Assembly (NCBI GenBank): GCA_050633305.1 | Contig: JBOEGF010000020.1 | Location: 96,312-160,311 of the forward strand | DNA from: Nannocystales bacterium | GTDB taxonomy: Bacteria > Myxococcota_A > Polyangia > Nannocystales > Nannocystaceae | Direction: 5' to 3' | Length of the DNA: 64,000 nucleotides | In this document: piece by piece, positions 48,913 through 59,454 of the stretch | How positions within the stretch are numbered: position 1 is the stretch's first letter | Layout: each line of letters opens with the position of its first letter | Notes under the pieces: generated by a model | Databases searched by the model: none | The model's input: the letters and a program-made list of their open reading frames with translations, nothing else | Told to the model about the DNA's origin: nothing | Position numbers and translations under genes: made by a program

Positions 48913-49162
48913 AGATACGCACAGCCTCTGCAACGCCCGTACCGCAGAAGAGTTCCGGTAGGACCGCACGAATCGTCACACTTTGGAACCGCCCAACGTC
49001 CCGCGGCCGGTGTGACACCAGGGGCCCGTCCCATGGGACCTGTGACATCAACTGTCCGCACCCTTCATCAGCGAGTCGCGTCAGAGCGCGGCTTCGATGT
49101 CGGTCGCAACGTGTCAGGCGGCGACGCTCGAACTTCTGGCGGTGAGATCAGTCTCGGCGCGG

Positions 49163-49801
49163 CTACGCGCGACGCAAGCAGGCACCGCGGTGATCGAGGG
49201 TCCAGCGTCCGACCGCCGTGCCGCGCTCGAAGTGATAGTGGGACTGCCACAGGTTTCCGCGGCGGGCGTCGTGCTCCGTGCTCGCGCGCTGGTCCAAAAC
49301 CGCAGTCAGCCGACGAAGGGCCCGGGCGCGGTTGAGATGCTGCGACCGTTCGGACGCCGCACGGACACAGACACCCGTGGGTTTGTGCCGCACCCGCACA
49401 GCAGAGTTCGTCGTATTGACATGCTGCCCCCCCGGACCGCCGGCGCGAGCCGTCCGAATCTCCAGGTCGCGTGGATCGAGTCGTGTTGCTTCGCTCGAGC
49501 GCAGCGCCTCGTGAAGGCTCACTCCTGCGAACCAACGCTTGCGATCACCGCGGCCTCGAGTCGCACTCCGAGCGACCAGGACGTGCGTGCCGACCTTGTC
49601 ACCAACCACCGCCGCGACATCGCCCTCCACGTGGAGTTGCACAGAGCGGGGCGTAGCTGGCTCGCCCTGCGTCACGACCTCGCGCAGCACCAAACCCGCC
49701 GCAGCGCAGTCGCTGGCCAGTCGCTCCGCCAGCAGAGCAACGAACCGCCGAACCTCCAAAGGTCCGGACCCAGCGGTGATCTGAAGCGTCCAGGCGCTCA
49801 T
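49163..49801 (-). CDS. prfH: peptide chain release factor H
   Basis: LQITAGSGP.E, RKRWF.GV, GGPGGQHVN...SAVR, ERSQH.N, H.HFERG; ATGA overlap with the rtcB stop. Confidence 0.92.
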   Translation of the reverse strand: MSAWTLQITAGSGPLEVRRFVALLAERLASDCAAAGLVLREVVTQGEPATPRSVQLHVEGDVAAVVGDKVGTHVLVARSATRGRGDRKRWFAGVSLHEALRSSEATRLDPRDLEIRTARAGGPGGQHVNTTNSAVRVRHKPTGVCVRAASERSQHLNRARALRRLTAVLDQRASTEHDARRGNLWQSHYHFERGTAVGRWTLDHRGACLRRA

Positions 49802-51024
49802 TTCTTCACCGTCAGCAGCGGTTGGATGCTCGCGACGCGGTCGGCAAGCTCGGCCTCTTCGAGGCTGGCGATGACCGGCTCGATCGGCTTGTACGCATCC
49901 GGGTGTTCCTCGTAGAGGAGCTTCGTGTCGTCGCAGATGGCGATGCCACCGTTGGGCGAATGACTCAGCTCCTTGCGGCGATAGCGAGCGCGGATCTTCT
50001 CGCGCGCCTCGGACCGCTGCATCTTTCGACCGGCACCATGCGCCACCGAGGACAACCCCGCATCGTTGCCGCGTCCCCGCATGACCCACGAACACGCGCC
50101 ACGACTCCCCAAGACGACAGTCGGTTGGTCGAGCTTGGCCGGGGCGCATCCCTTGCGGTGGACCCACGACGCATCACCACCGCAACACTCGTCGGTGACC
50201 GTGTTGTGGACCACGTCGAACGCGTGAGCGATCTTGGTGCGACGCGCGAGCCCGAGTGCACTGAGCACTCGCCAGGCCAACACCACTCGGTTTGCCCGGG
50301 CAAAACGAACCGCGCCCGCGAGCGCAGCGAGGTACTCGCCGGCATCACCCGCACGCAGTTCATGCGACGCCCAACGATCGGACAGAGCCTTGCCCAGGCC
50401 ACGAGAACCGGAGTGACACAACACCGCCAGCATCCTTGGCTCGAGTCCCAGGGCCTCCGCCGCCTGAGGGTCGACAACCGTGCCGACCCGACCGACCTCC
50501 GCGAAGTGGTTGCCACCGCCGATCGTGCCGAGCATGCCGGGCAGATGAACATCGGGAAGTGGACCACTGGGAACATCCGTGTCGTCCTCATTCAATCGCT
50601 CGACGATCGCCGACACCGCATCGGGCAGATCGAAGTCGAGCAGGCCACGAGGACCCCGCTCCCAAACCGCCCGGCACAACTCGCGTGCGTCCAGGTGAGA
50701 GAGCGGGTCGTCGTCAAACTCGGCGCGTGCACGACGTTCGGTGCTCGACGAGAACTTGTTGCTACGCAGGGCGACCACGATGGCGCCACATCCGGCATCA
50801 CTGCCGATCAGACGTGGCCGCACCGACTGTGCGAACGCGAAGGCTGCACCGATCGGGATTCCGGGACCGGGGTGAAGGTCAGGCATGCCGACTGCACGGA
50901 CACAGTCCGGGTCGGCCGCCGTCGCGTGCAGCTGGCGAATCGCTTCGCCTTCCAGCCACACGTCGGGGTTGGCGACGATGTGAGCGCACGGGCTCGTCTC
51001 GCCGGGAGGTTGTGAAGTGCCCAT
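49798..51024 (-). CDS. rtcB: RNA ligase RtcB, PrfH-coupled (RtcB2) type
   Basis: WLEGEAIRQL, MPDLHPG..IPIG, GSD.GCG, GTIGGGNHF, HSGSRG, HN, HRKG, HGAGR, EEHPDAYK. Confidence 0.95.
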   Translation of the reverse strand: MGTSQPPGETSPCAHIVANPDVWLEGEAIRQLHATAADPDCVRAVGMPDLHPGPGIPIGAAFAFAQSVRPRLIGSDAGCGAIVVALRSNKFSSSTERRARAEFDDDPLSHLDARELCRAVWERGPRGLLDFDLPDAVSAIVERLNEDDTDVPSGPLPDVHLPGMLGTIGGGNHFAEVGRVGTVVDPQAAEALGLEPRMLAVLCHSGSRGLGKALSDRWASHELRAGDAGEYLAALAGAVRFARANRVVLAWRVLSALGLARRTKIAHAFDVVHNTVTDECCGGDASWVHRKGCAPAKLDQPTVVLGSRGACSWVMRGRGNDAGLSSVAHGAGRKMQRSEAREKIRARYRRKELSHSPNGGIAICDDTKLLYEEHPDAYKPIEPVIASLEEAELADRVASIQPLLTVKK

Positions 51025-51038
51025 TGCAGCTCCGATGA

Positions 51039-51054
51039 AGCACGGACTGTTCCA
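51039..51054 (-). promoter_or_regulatory. sigma54 promoter of rtcB2-prfH
   Basis: TGGAACAGTCCGTGCT = GG-N10-GC, adjacent to a sigma54 activator gene. Confidence 0.7.
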
Positions 51055-51058
51055 ACCG

Positions 51059-51071
51059 TAAGTATATGAAA
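51059..51071 (-). promoter_or_regulatory. candidate IHF site
   Basis: TTTCATATACTTA resembles WATCAA-N4-TTR (two mismatches), lying between the promoter and putative enhancer. Confidence 0.4.
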
Positions 51072-51118
51072 ACACTACGACCGCAGCTACAATATGATCC
51101 ACCGCTCACCACAAAAAC

Positions 51119-51155
51119 GGTGCAGAACAACGCGAAATGGTACAGTTTTCACCAT
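51119..51155. promoter_or_regulatory. candidate tandem enhancer (UAS) for the RtcR-like activator
   Basis: GGTGCAG and GGTACAG half-sites 20 bp apart; second lies within the inverted repeat ATGGT-N9-ACCAT overlapping the regulator start; ~90-127 bp upstream of the predicted rtcB TSS. Confidence 0.45.
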
Positions 51156-52671
51156 GCCGCGAACGCTCGTGAGCTGGTCCGACCGCGGCGTCGCCGGACC
51201 CAAGCCGCGACACCACGGGGCTCGGGCGACGCGGGACCGCGGGCCCTTGCTCCGACTGGTCGAACAGCCCGAGTCCCAGCGCCTCTACGACAAGGCACTG
51301 GTGCTGACCAGCGAAGCCGGAGAGCTCCCCGCCCGCGCCCTGGTCGAGGAGCTCGAGGCCCGCATCCCCGAAGTCGAGCTTGTCACCGTGGCACTCACCG
51401 ACCCTTCGGACTACGCCGAGTTGTACGCCACACTGCAGCCGACCCTCGGGCGTCTGTCGCAAATGCCGAGCATCGATGTGGTGCTCTCGGCCGGGACTCC
51501 GCAGATGCAGACCCTGTGGTTGATCGCGGTCAAGGCCGGTCTCTTCGCGGCTCGAATGCTGCAGGTCATCCCCGCCGACTTCGTGCCCTCGGTTCACCCC
51601 AACGTGATCCGTGTGGTGGAGCTGGACATCGAGGGGTTTCCGGAGATCCGTGCACTCCGCGACGAGCTCGTTCGCCTCCGCGCGCACTCGCGGATCTTGG
51701 GCGGGAATCTGGTAGGCGACAGCGAGCCCATGCGTGCACTCGGCAACCGACTGGGCCGTGTCGCACCAACCGACCTACCCGTCCTGATTCACGGAGAAAC
51801 GGGGACCGGCAAAGAACTCGTCGCCCGCTGTGTGCACGACAGTAGTCATCGCGCGTCCGGCCCGCTCATCACCGAAAACTGTGGCGCACTCACGGAAAGT
51901 GTCCTCGCCAGCGAGCTGTTCGGGCACGAACGCGGAGCCTTCACGGGTGCCGCCTACGCCAAGCGCGGCCTGTTCGAGCTGGCCCACGGTGGCACGTTGT
52001 TTTTGGATGAGATCGGCGAGCTGAGCCCTCGCGTTCAGGTGAACCTGCTTCGAGTGCTGCAAGACGGCAGTTTACGTCGACTCGGCAGCGAGAAACTCAT
52101 CACGGTCGATGTGCGAATCGTGGCGGCGACGCACCGCGACCTCCTCGCCATGGTTCGCGAAGGCACGTTCCGCGAAGACCTCTATTATCGACTGCAGGGC
52201 GCCACCCTGACCGTGCCCCCGCTACGACAACGGCTCGAGGACCTCGAACCGCTGGTCGCCCACTTCCTGAGCGAGGTCAACAGCGAACTCAAGGTCACTC
52301 GTGAAGCATGGGCTGTTGTGCGCGGTTACGCATGGCCCGGCAACGTCCGTGAACTGCGGGCCGAAGTTCTGCGCTGGCACGTCTTTTGTGATCGCTGGGT
52401 CCGCGCCGAGGACCTCGACCCGAAGCTGAGCGCATCGCCGGCGCCCCCCACCCACGCCACCGCGGTGACGGAGCTTGCTCCGCTGGCCGACACCGTCACC
52501 CAAGCCGAACGCACCGCGATTTCCCACGCGTTGGAGCACTGCCAGGGAAACCTGTCGCAGACCGCACGGGCATTGCACATCGACCGGAACACGCTCAAGC
52601 GAAAGATCCGGACGCTGGGGATCGTGCACCAACGACTCCCCCGGGGCCGTCCCCCCGAGTCCCCTGTCTAG
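51154..52671 (+). CDS. RtcR-like sigma54-dependent activator (CARF + AAA+ + Fis HTH)
   Basis: N-terminal DPSDY...LSAGTPQMQTLW...ARMLQ (RtcR-type CARF); GETGTGKE, SELFGHERGAFTGA, FLDEIG, WPGNVREL, GNLSQTARALHIDRNTL. Confidence 0.88.
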   Translation: MPRTLVSWSDRGVAGPKPRHHGARATRDRGPLLRLVEQPESQRLYDKALVLTSEAGELPARALVEELEARIPEVELVTVALTDPSDYAELYATLQPTLGRLSQMPSIDVVLSAGTPQMQTLWLIAVKAGLFAARMLQVIPADFVPSVHPNVIRVVELDIEGFPEIRALRDELVRLRAHSRILGGNLVGDSEPMRALGNRLGRVAPTDLPVLIHGETGTGKELVARCVHDSSHRASGPLITENCGALTESVLASELFGHERGAFTGAAYAKRGLFELAHGGTLFLDEIGELSPRVQVNLLRVLQDGSLRRLGSEKLITVDVRIVAATHRDLLAMVREGTFREDLYYRLQGATLTVPPLRQRLEDLEPLVAHFLSEVNSELKVTREAWAVVRGYAWPGNVRELRAEVLRWHVFCDRWVRAEDLDPKLSASPAPPTHATAVTELAPLADTVTQAERTAISHALEHCQGNLSQTARALHIDRNTLKRKIRTLGIVHQRLPRGRPPESPV

Positions 52672-52775
52672 GGGCCGCCCCCAATTCGATGAAACGGCCA
52701 TAGCGGCGCCCCCAGAGCCGATGCCGTCGTTCCTCATCGGTTGCTTGCGCCCGACAAATTGGGGACGGCCCCTAG

Positions 52776-53912
52776 CTAGTTGCAGACCGTCGCGACCTCT
52801 GAGCACACGGTCTTCCATTCGACGCATGCCCCTTCGTAGACAAAGGAGGCGATAACGTATCCTTCCTCGTCCACCTGGCCGTCCTCCGAATCGTCGATTC
52901 GGCCCTCGCCATCAGGGCAATCAACCGGTTCGGCGATCACCTCAGTGTCGCTACATTCTGACCAGCATACACTGGTGTCGAGTTCTTCGAAGGGATCGAT
53001 GTCGAGTTCCGCAGCGGCCGCCTCCACGTCGCAGATATACTGCTCCTGCTGCAGGGTGTGGAGATTCCACGTTCGGTCGACAAGTTCGACGCTATCCACG
53101 AACGCGTACGCGTTCTGAGTAACGGCCTGCGGATTCCAAGTCATGCTCGCCGTGGCAAAGCCGACACTTGTAGGAAGAGTTCCGAGCGCCATCCCCAGAG
53201 CCGCGACTTGCGCCTGAAGCATCCCTTTGCCGAATGTCGTAGCATTTTCCCAGCCATCATATTTACGAACAGCCGCTTTGTGACAAGGAGACATATCCTC
53301 CTCGCCGTCTTCGATCAAGAACCAGTGGTAGTCAAACATAGCCACATCGTTCTCGTCGTACAGAACAAGCCGGGCATCTTGAGTCCCCGGAGTCCCCACC
53401 TGCTCAGTCTCATAGCTGCCAATGAAGTCCATGTCGAAGACGATCGTCGGCGCGCCGAACACCGAGATTGCTTTCTTGCTAAACCAGTAGATGTCGGTGT
53501 ATGAACGCTGCGTCCACGTAGCCGAGTTTTTGTCGTAGACGTTGCTCATCTCGGACTCAAGACGCATCACGGTAGAATAACCCGCGTAGCACGCATCTCC
53601 AGCAAGGAGAGGCAAGCAAGGGGTCGAGGAGAGCATTCGAGACGTCCGCTGATTGGAGGAGTCCTGCGTGATCACATTCACACAGTTCGATTCTTCGATC
53701 CCGTCACCGTTCGTGTCACACTTACTCCACGCGACCAGCTGCTCCCCTTCAGCGTCGACGAGGTTCTGGACGAGAAAGCTCCCTAGATAGGCGCCATCAA
53801 AGGTTGTGTACGTGGCAGGTGCGGCCTGACTTTCGCTCGGAGACCCATAGAGCAGGGTACTCGCGACCAGGGCGGATGCGGAGAGGATGTTACGGAACGA
53901 ACAAGGGCTCAT
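52776..53912 (-). CDS. secreted hypothetical protein with hydrophobic segment and acidic Cys-rich tail
   Basis: Signal peptide ending ESQA; visibly more A/T at third codon positions than neighbours. Confidence 0.75.
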   Translation of the reverse strand: MSPCSFRNILSASALVASTLLYGSPSESQAAPATYTTFDGAYLGSFLVQNLVDAEGEQLVAWSKCDTNGDGIEESNCVNVITQDSSNQRTSRMLSSTPCLPLLAGDACYAGYSTVMRLESEMSNVYDKNSATWTQRSYTDIYWFSKKAISVFGAPTIVFDMDFIGSYETEQVGTPGTQDARLVLYDENDVAMFDYHWFLIEDGEEDMSPCHKAAVRKYDGWENATTFGKGMLQAQVAALGMALGTLPTSVGFATASMTWNPQAVTQNAYAFVDSVELVDRTWNLHTLQQEQYICDVEAAAAELDIDPFEELDTSVCWSECSDTEVIAEPVDCPDGEGRIDDSEDGQVDEEGYVIASFVYEGACVEWKTVCSEVATVCN

Positions 53913-54162
53913 CTGTCTGTGAAGTGCCCGAAACGCTGAACCGGATCACGGTGGTCGCTCACTTTTTTCCGGATCTCGGGAGGTCCGCCTGCAGGTCCAC
54001 GAACCGCTAATGCGACGGCGGGGCGTTCCGGGGCTCGACATGCCGGGACGCCGCCCTCGCGGCCAAGGGCCCCAAACACGTGCCACAGCATCTACCGCCG
54101 TGTGAGAGGCCCATCGCCGAAGTCCCTCGTGTCCCGTCCCTCGGGGCCCTACCCTGTCGTTC

Positions 54163-57100
54163 GTGACCGGCGAGCGCACGCTGTCGTCCCAGCCGACGCT
54201 GGCCGACCCGAAGGACGCAGTGGTTGCCGAGTCACCGGCGGACGCGCCCCGTCGCGGCGAGCTGATCGGTCACTTCACCATCGTCGATCGACTCGGCGCC
54301 GGCGGGATGGGCGTCGTGTACGCGGCGTACGACGTCGAACTCAACCGCAAGGTGGCCATCAAACTGCTGCGCGTTGCGTCCGGGCAGGACCAAAGCATCG
54401 GGCGCGCCCGCCTCATGCGAGAGGCCCAGGCGATGGCACAGGTCGACCACGCCAACGTGGTGACGGTCTTCGAAGTGGGCAAGCACCGCGGTGATGTCTA
54501 CATCGCGATGGAGTTCATCGATGGGGAGACCTTCGGCCAGTGGCGTAGGCGAACCAGCGCCCCTTGGCCAGAAGTCATCAAGCTCCTTGGGCAAGCGGCA
54601 CGTGGTCTCGCAGCGGCGCACGCCGAGGGCTTGGTGCACCGCGACTTCAAACCCGACAACATCATGGTCGGTCGCGACGGCCGGGTGCGTGTGATGGACT
54701 TCGGGTTGGTCCGCAGCGACGGCGGGCCCGGGCCGACGGTCCTTCCCGAAGCAGACAGTGAGTCCGAAGTCGATGAGGCCGCGACGTCGGGGGAGAGCGA
54801 TCCGGACTCTGCCGTCCATGCCAGCACTTCCAGCGTGGACTTGACCAAGGCCGGAACCATCGTCGGCACGCCTGCGTACATGGCCCCCGAGCAGTTCAAG
54901 CGCGAGCCCACCGACGCGCGCACCGATCAGTTCAGCTTCTGCGTGACGCTGTGGGAAGCCCTGTTCGGTGAGCGGCCGTTCAAGGGCGATTCGCTCCTGA
55001 GCCTGGGCATGAACGTCACCGAAGGCATGCGCAGGCCTACGCCAAAGGGGGCGGGTGTTCCGGCGTGGCTGCAACGGGTGTGCGAGCGCGGTCTGTCGAC
55101 CGACCGGTCCGCGCGCTTCGAGTCCATGCAAGCGCTTCTCGACGCGGTCGAGTCCGGGCAGCGTCGCTCGAGACAGCGCTGGTTGGCTCTGGGCGCCGCG
55201 ACGCTGGTCCTCGGAGGGAGCGCGACATGGGCGGCCAACGTCGTGGCTGAGCAGCGCCAGGCCCAGGCCTGCGAGACCGCCGGCCGAGCGATCGACGAGG
55301 TCTGGAACGACGAGGTCGCAACGCGACTGCGCCGAGCTTTCGAACCGCTCGGCGAGCAAGCATCCGCCCGAACGCTCGCTTCCGCGGCCACACTGCTCGA
55401 CGGCATGGCGGGCGCTTGGTCCAGTGCGCGCACGGAGGCCTGCATGGGAGCCCGGATCCGCGGGGACCGATCCGAGGACATGCGGGAGCGCGCCGTATGG
55501 TGTCTCGACGACCACAAGCGGACCCTGGACGCGACGCTCGAGGCGGTGGCCAACTCGCGCGAACGCTCTGTCCTCTTGCAGTTCGTCCCCGCGCTGTCGG
55601 AGCTCGGAGGCGTCGATGAGTGCCTGGACGAAGACGCGCTCCGAATGCGGGTGCTCCCACCCACCAGCGAGAGGCCCACGGTCGTCGCACTGCGGAGCGA
55701 GGTCGCGACCTTGGACGCTCTGCTGCTCACCGCCCAGTTCGATTCCGCCGTAGAGGCGGCTCAGGCAATGGACGCACGCCCTGACGCGGCCAGCTGGGCA
55801 CCGTTTCATGCCGAGCTGGGTCTGCGTCTTGGCCAAGCCCTCGGCGGTCGAGGCGACCTCGACGCTGCCGAATCCCGACTGGTCGACGGTTACCTCGAGG
55901 CCGTGGAAAGCCAGAGCGTCGACATCGCCAGCGCCACCGCTCTCGAGCTCGCCAGGCTTCTGGGCGTCGAGCGCAATGAGCCCGATCGTGGCATGCTGTG
56001 GATGCGCCTCGCCGAGGTCCACGAACGCGCACGCGGGCAAACACCCCTGCGCCGCGCCGGGCAGCTGCACCGTCGGTCAAGTCTCCTCAGGCCGCTGAAG
56101 CGGTTCGACGAGGCCGAGGCGGGCTACGTCGAGGCGGTGGAGTTGCTCGAGGCGGAGCTTGGGCCAGACCACCTGTTGGTCGCCCGCACCCGCAACAACC
56201 TCGGCAACCTCTACGAGGAACTCTCTCGGTTCGACGAGGCCATGGCGCAGTTTGAGGCGGCCATCTCCATCCGGCGGAAGACGCTGGGCAGTGCGCACCC
56301 CGACGTCGCCCAGAGCCTTGTGGGCATGGGCAACACCGTGGGGTCCATGGGTGACCATGAGGAAGCCCTCGCCCTGCACCTTCGAGCGCTGAAGACCTAC
56401 CAGGCTGCGCTTGGTGATGACCACGTGCTCGTGGCCATGGCGCGTGAGAACCTCTCCGCGGCCCACCTCAACCTTCGGCAGCTCGAGCCCGCCCTGGAGC
56501 ACGTCACCCACGCGGCGAAGATCTACGAGGCACAGTTCGGTTCGCTGCACGCCAAGACGGCGAATGCCCTGAACTCGATCGGTACGATTCACCACTGGGC
56601 GGGCCGGCTCCCCGAAGCGAAGGCTCACTATGAGCGAGCACAGCTCGGCCTGGTGGCGACGCTCGGTCCCGGGGACGCCAAGGTTGCCAATGTCCTGTTC
56701 AACCTCGCGCTCATCGAGCGGGAAGCCGGCGAGGCTCAGCGGGCTCGCGGGCTGTTTCAACGGGCGCTCGACATCCGCGAGACGGTCTACGGCGGCAGCC
56801 ACGTTCTGGTGGCCAACTCGCTCGAGGAGTTCGCCATCCTCGAAGCCACCGACGAACACCCAGACGAGGCGCGAGCCATGTTCGAGCGAACACTCGCGAT
56901 TCGGCGAGAGCTCCACGGGGCGGGCCACGCGTCGGTCTGGAGAGCCGTGACGAATCTGGCCAGCCTCAACGCGATGACGAACGAGCCCCAGCGAAGCCGC
57001 GCCTTGTACTCGAAGATCGTGACGGACTGGACTGAGGCGCTGGGCGACGACGACCTCGCGCTCGCTCAACCGCTGCTGGCGACCGCGCAGCTGGAGCTCG

Positions 57101-57375
57101 ACGAGGGGCAGCCCGCCGCCGCTATCGCTCCCGCGCGGCAGGCCGTGGCGCTTCGCAACGCGCAGGACCAGGACCCCGTCTCACGCGCCCAGGCTCAGTT
57201 CGTGCTTGCCCAAGCGCTCTCACCCAATCCCCGCGACGGCGCCACCAAGGAAAGCCTCGAACTCGCCCGCGAAGCTCTGGCCCAGTACGGCGACTCGGTG
57301 GAGCACGAAGCCTCGCGGGCCGAGGTCCGGGCCTGGCTCGCCAAGCGCGGAGTCCGAAAGGGCAGTCCCCGCTGA
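54163..57375 (+). CDS. membrane Ser/Thr protein kinase with TPR repeats (paralog of 34212-37370)
   Basis: [32 protein letters not shown] helix, TPR repeats. Confidence 0.95.
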   Translation: MTGERTLSSQPTLADPKDAVVAESPADAPRRGELIGHFTIVDRLGAGGMGVVYAAYDVELNRKVAIKLLRVASGQDQSIGRARLMREAQAMAQVDHANVVTVFEVGKHRGDVYIAMEFIDGETFGQWRRRTSAPWPEVIKLLGQAARGLAAAHAEGLVHRDFKPDNIMVGRDGRVRVMDFGLVRSDGGPGPTVLPEADSESEVDEAATSGESDPDSAVHASTSSVDLTKAGTIVGTPAYMAPEQFKREPTDARTDQFSFCVTLWEALFGERPFKGDSLLSLGMNVTEGMRRPTPKGAGVPAWLQRVCERGLSTDRSARFESMQALLDAVESGQRRSRQRWLALGAATLVLGGSATWAANVVAEQRQAQACETAGRAIDEVWNDEVATRLRRAFEPLGEQASARTLASAATLLDGMAGAWSSARTEACMGARIRGDRSEDMRERAVWCLDDHKRTLDATLEAVANSRERSVLLQFVPALSELGGVDECLDEDALRMRVLPPTSERPTVVALRSEVATLDALLLTAQFDSAVEAAQAMDARPDAASWAPFHAELGLRLGQALGGRGDLDAAESRLVDGYLEAVESQSVDIASATALELARLLGVERNEPDRGMLWMRLAEVHERARGQTPLRRAGQLHRRSSLLRPLKRFDEAEAGYVEAVELLEAELGPDHLLVARTRNNLGNLYEELSRFDEAMAQFEAAISIRRKTLGSAHPDVAQSLVGMGNTVGSMGDHEEALALHLRALKTYQAALGDDHVLVAMARENLSAAHLNLRQLEPALEHVTHAAKIYEAQFGSLHAKTANALNSIGTIHHWAGRLPEAKAHYERAQLGLVATLGPGDAKVANVLFNLALIEREAGEAQRARGLFQRALDIRETVYGGSHVLVANSLEEFAILEATDEHPDEARAMFERTLAIRRELHGAGHASVWRAVTNLASLNAMTNEPQRSRALYSKIVTDWTEALGDDDLALAQPLLATAQLELDEGQPAAAIAPARQAVALRNAQDQDPVSRAQAQFVLAQALSPNPRDGATKESLELAREALAQYGDSVEHEASRAEVRAWLAKRGVRKGSPR

Positions 57376-57552
57376 CTTGCACACCGCTCCACGGCGGGGA
57401 AACCAGTCCGGGGCGCGGCGCAAGCAGATCGGCAGTTGTCGAGACGGGGGTGCGGGTCCGGCGGTGACACGGGGGCTTCCGCGGGATGAAGTCAACATGA
57501 GCTGCTGAGGCATTCCCCGGACAGCGACGTTCCAAGGGGTGAAGAGTCGCCC

Positions 57553-58710
57553 ATGGACCACCGCCAACCCGACCCCACCTTCGCTCCCACTCCGCCACCT
57601 CGACAACGTGGCCAGGTATGGTCCCGATCGGCGCTGCTGTTGGCGCTGGGCTGCCCCGCATCGGGGTGTCTGACCGAGCCCTACGACCGGAAGATTGTCG
57701 ACGACGTCGATACACCGATCCTTGTAGGGGGGTTCGCGGACAATCCCGACCAGACGATCGACGTGGAGGCTTGGGACTATGCAGCCGGAGCGTTCACCCC
57801 TATCGCGACACCAGTCTCCAGCACCAACGTCGCCGCGACCGTCTGGGGAACCGACTTCTTCAACTACAGCACCACGGCGAACCTCGGTCCCGAGCACTGG
57901 GACCGGCTCGGCAACGGACACGAGGCCCAGCTCCGGGCATCGGTTCCCGGCTACAACTTCAGTACCGTGCGGCAGGACTGGATTTCGTGCCTGAGCGACA
58001 ACCTCGGCTCCGCGCTAGACTTCGCGGAAAACTGTGTCGCAGAGAACCTGCCTCGAGCCTTTGTGTACACCCAGGCCTACCCCACAACGGTCGACGCATT
58101 GCTCGAGACCTGCCCCAGTGCGGAGGAGATCGCGGCCATCGACGCAGAGATCACGATCGAGCTCGACCCGGTCGTGATGGCGGATCCAGCAGAGGCTGCG
58201 ATGGCCTGTACGGTCGGCGGGAGCGAAGCCAGCGCTCGGTTGGCTTTGTACAACGCGCTGCGAGCGATGAAGCTGCTGCGCTTCGATGAGCCCATGCCCT
58301 TGCTCGGCTCCAACAACCTCTACGAATGGGTCCGCGATCTCGGGATCACGCTTCGGATCAGCAACCAGGCGATCTCAACCGGGGGTGGTACGGGCATCAA
58401 CCTCGCATGGACGCCCATGACCCATCCGCACAAGCGCGCGTGGGTCAACCCGTCCTCCGGCACCGGGCTCGAGGGGCTTGTCGGACTCATCGTGCACGAG
58501 TCCCGTCACACGACCCCAGGTGGTGGTCATGGACACGCGTGCGCGGGCGGCAATGATGTGAGCTACGACGCAGGTGGTGCGTGGGCCGCCCAGCACGACT
58601 TCTTCCTGTGGCTGAGCGAGCACTCGCTCGGGTACCTCACGCAGTACCAGCGCGACCATGCCCAGGCGGCGGCGGCGGATATCATGGGGACCCGGTTCTG
58701 CTCCCCATGA
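57553..58710 (+). CDS. lipoprotein with C-terminal zincin-like HExxH domain
   Basis: Signal with ASGC lipobox; LIVHESRH.......H. Confidence 0.7.
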   Translation: MDHRQPDPTFAPTPPPRQRGQVWSRSALLLALGCPASGCLTEPYDRKIVDDVDTPILVGGFADNPDQTIDVEAWDYAAGAFTPIATPVSSTNVAATVWGTDFFNYSTTANLGPEHWDRLGNGHEAQLRASVPGYNFSTVRQDWISCLSDNLGSALDFAENCVAENLPRAFVYTQAYPTTVDALLETCPSAEEIAAIDAEITIELDPVVMADPAEAAMACTVGGSEASARLALYNALRAMKLLRFDEPMPLLGSNNLYEWVRDLGITLRISNQAISTGGGTGINLAWTPMTHPHKRAWVNPSSGTGLEGLVGLIVHESRHTTPGGGHGHACAGGNDVSYDAGGAWAAQHDFFLWLSEHSLGYLTQYQRDHAQAAAADIMGTRFCSP

Positions 58711-58827
58711 GGCCGATTCGACCTTGACTCGCGTGACCTTCGACCGCGTGTTGGACTCCGCCCGCCACGGCCGCAATCCGCCGTTGCATTTGCTTGCGGC
58801 CAACCGCGGTCCCAGACAGTCTCTGGT

Positions 58828-59409
58828 GTGTCCTCCGAGCTCGACTCGCTGATTCGTCTTGTGGCCGGCGAGCACGTCCAACTGTCCGGCTCCGACGTCC
58901 GCGCGCTCGCAGCCACGATGACTCCCATGCGACGGGCTCCCGACGAGCTCCTCTTCGCTCGCGCCGACGCTCCCTCTGCTTTTGTGTTGTTCGACCGCGG
59001 TCTCGCCCGCACGTACACGATCGACGCGCGCGGCCGAGAGCGAAACCTCCGGTTCCTGGCGGGGCCAAACCTCGCCACGGCACTCTCCAGTGTCATCCGC
59101 GGGACCGCCACCGAAGAGTGGGTCGCGGCCGTCACGTCCATCGAGGGATACCGCGGGAACTTCGGCGCGCTGCGACCCCACCCCAGGTTCGAAGCACTCA
59201 TGCGTGCGCTCGCCGAGCAGCACTTCCTCTCGCTCGAGCGGCGGGTTCGCACCCTTCAGCAACCGTTCGCCAAAGCGCGCTACCGCGTTTTCCGGCAAGA
59301 GATGGAACCCACCATTGTCGACGCCATGCCCGAGCATCACATCGCGTCGTACCTCGGCGTAACGCCGGAAACGCTCAGCCGAGCGAAGCGAAATCGCCGC
59401 CCGGATTGA
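58828..59409 (+). CDS. Crp/Fnr-family transcriptional regulator
   Basis: GLARTY.ID..G.E.N..F; HTH HHIASYLGVTPETLSR. Confidence 0.88.
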   Translation: MSSELDSLIRLVAGEHVQLSGSDVRALAATMTPMRRAPDELLFARADAPSAFVLFDRGLARTYTIDARGRERNLRFLAGPNLATALSSVIRGTATEEWVAAVTSIEGYRGNFGALRPHPRFEALMRALAEQHFLSLERRVRTLQQPFAKARYRVFRQEMEPTIVDAMPEHHIASYLGVTPETLSRAKRNRRPD

Positions 59410-59454
59410 CGATCGTCAAGGCCCACAACCCCGCTTGTAGGCAGGCTTGCAGGC

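Noticed and set aside
47674..49335. Long ORFs antisense to real genes (also 54232-56070, 25092-26480, 19406-20701, 12033-13184)
   Set aside because: Shadow frames of high-GC coding sequence, fully overlapping motif-supported genes.
54069..54085. TGGCACGTGTTTGG on the minus strand as a sigma54 promoter for 53912
   Set aside because: No GC at the -12 position.
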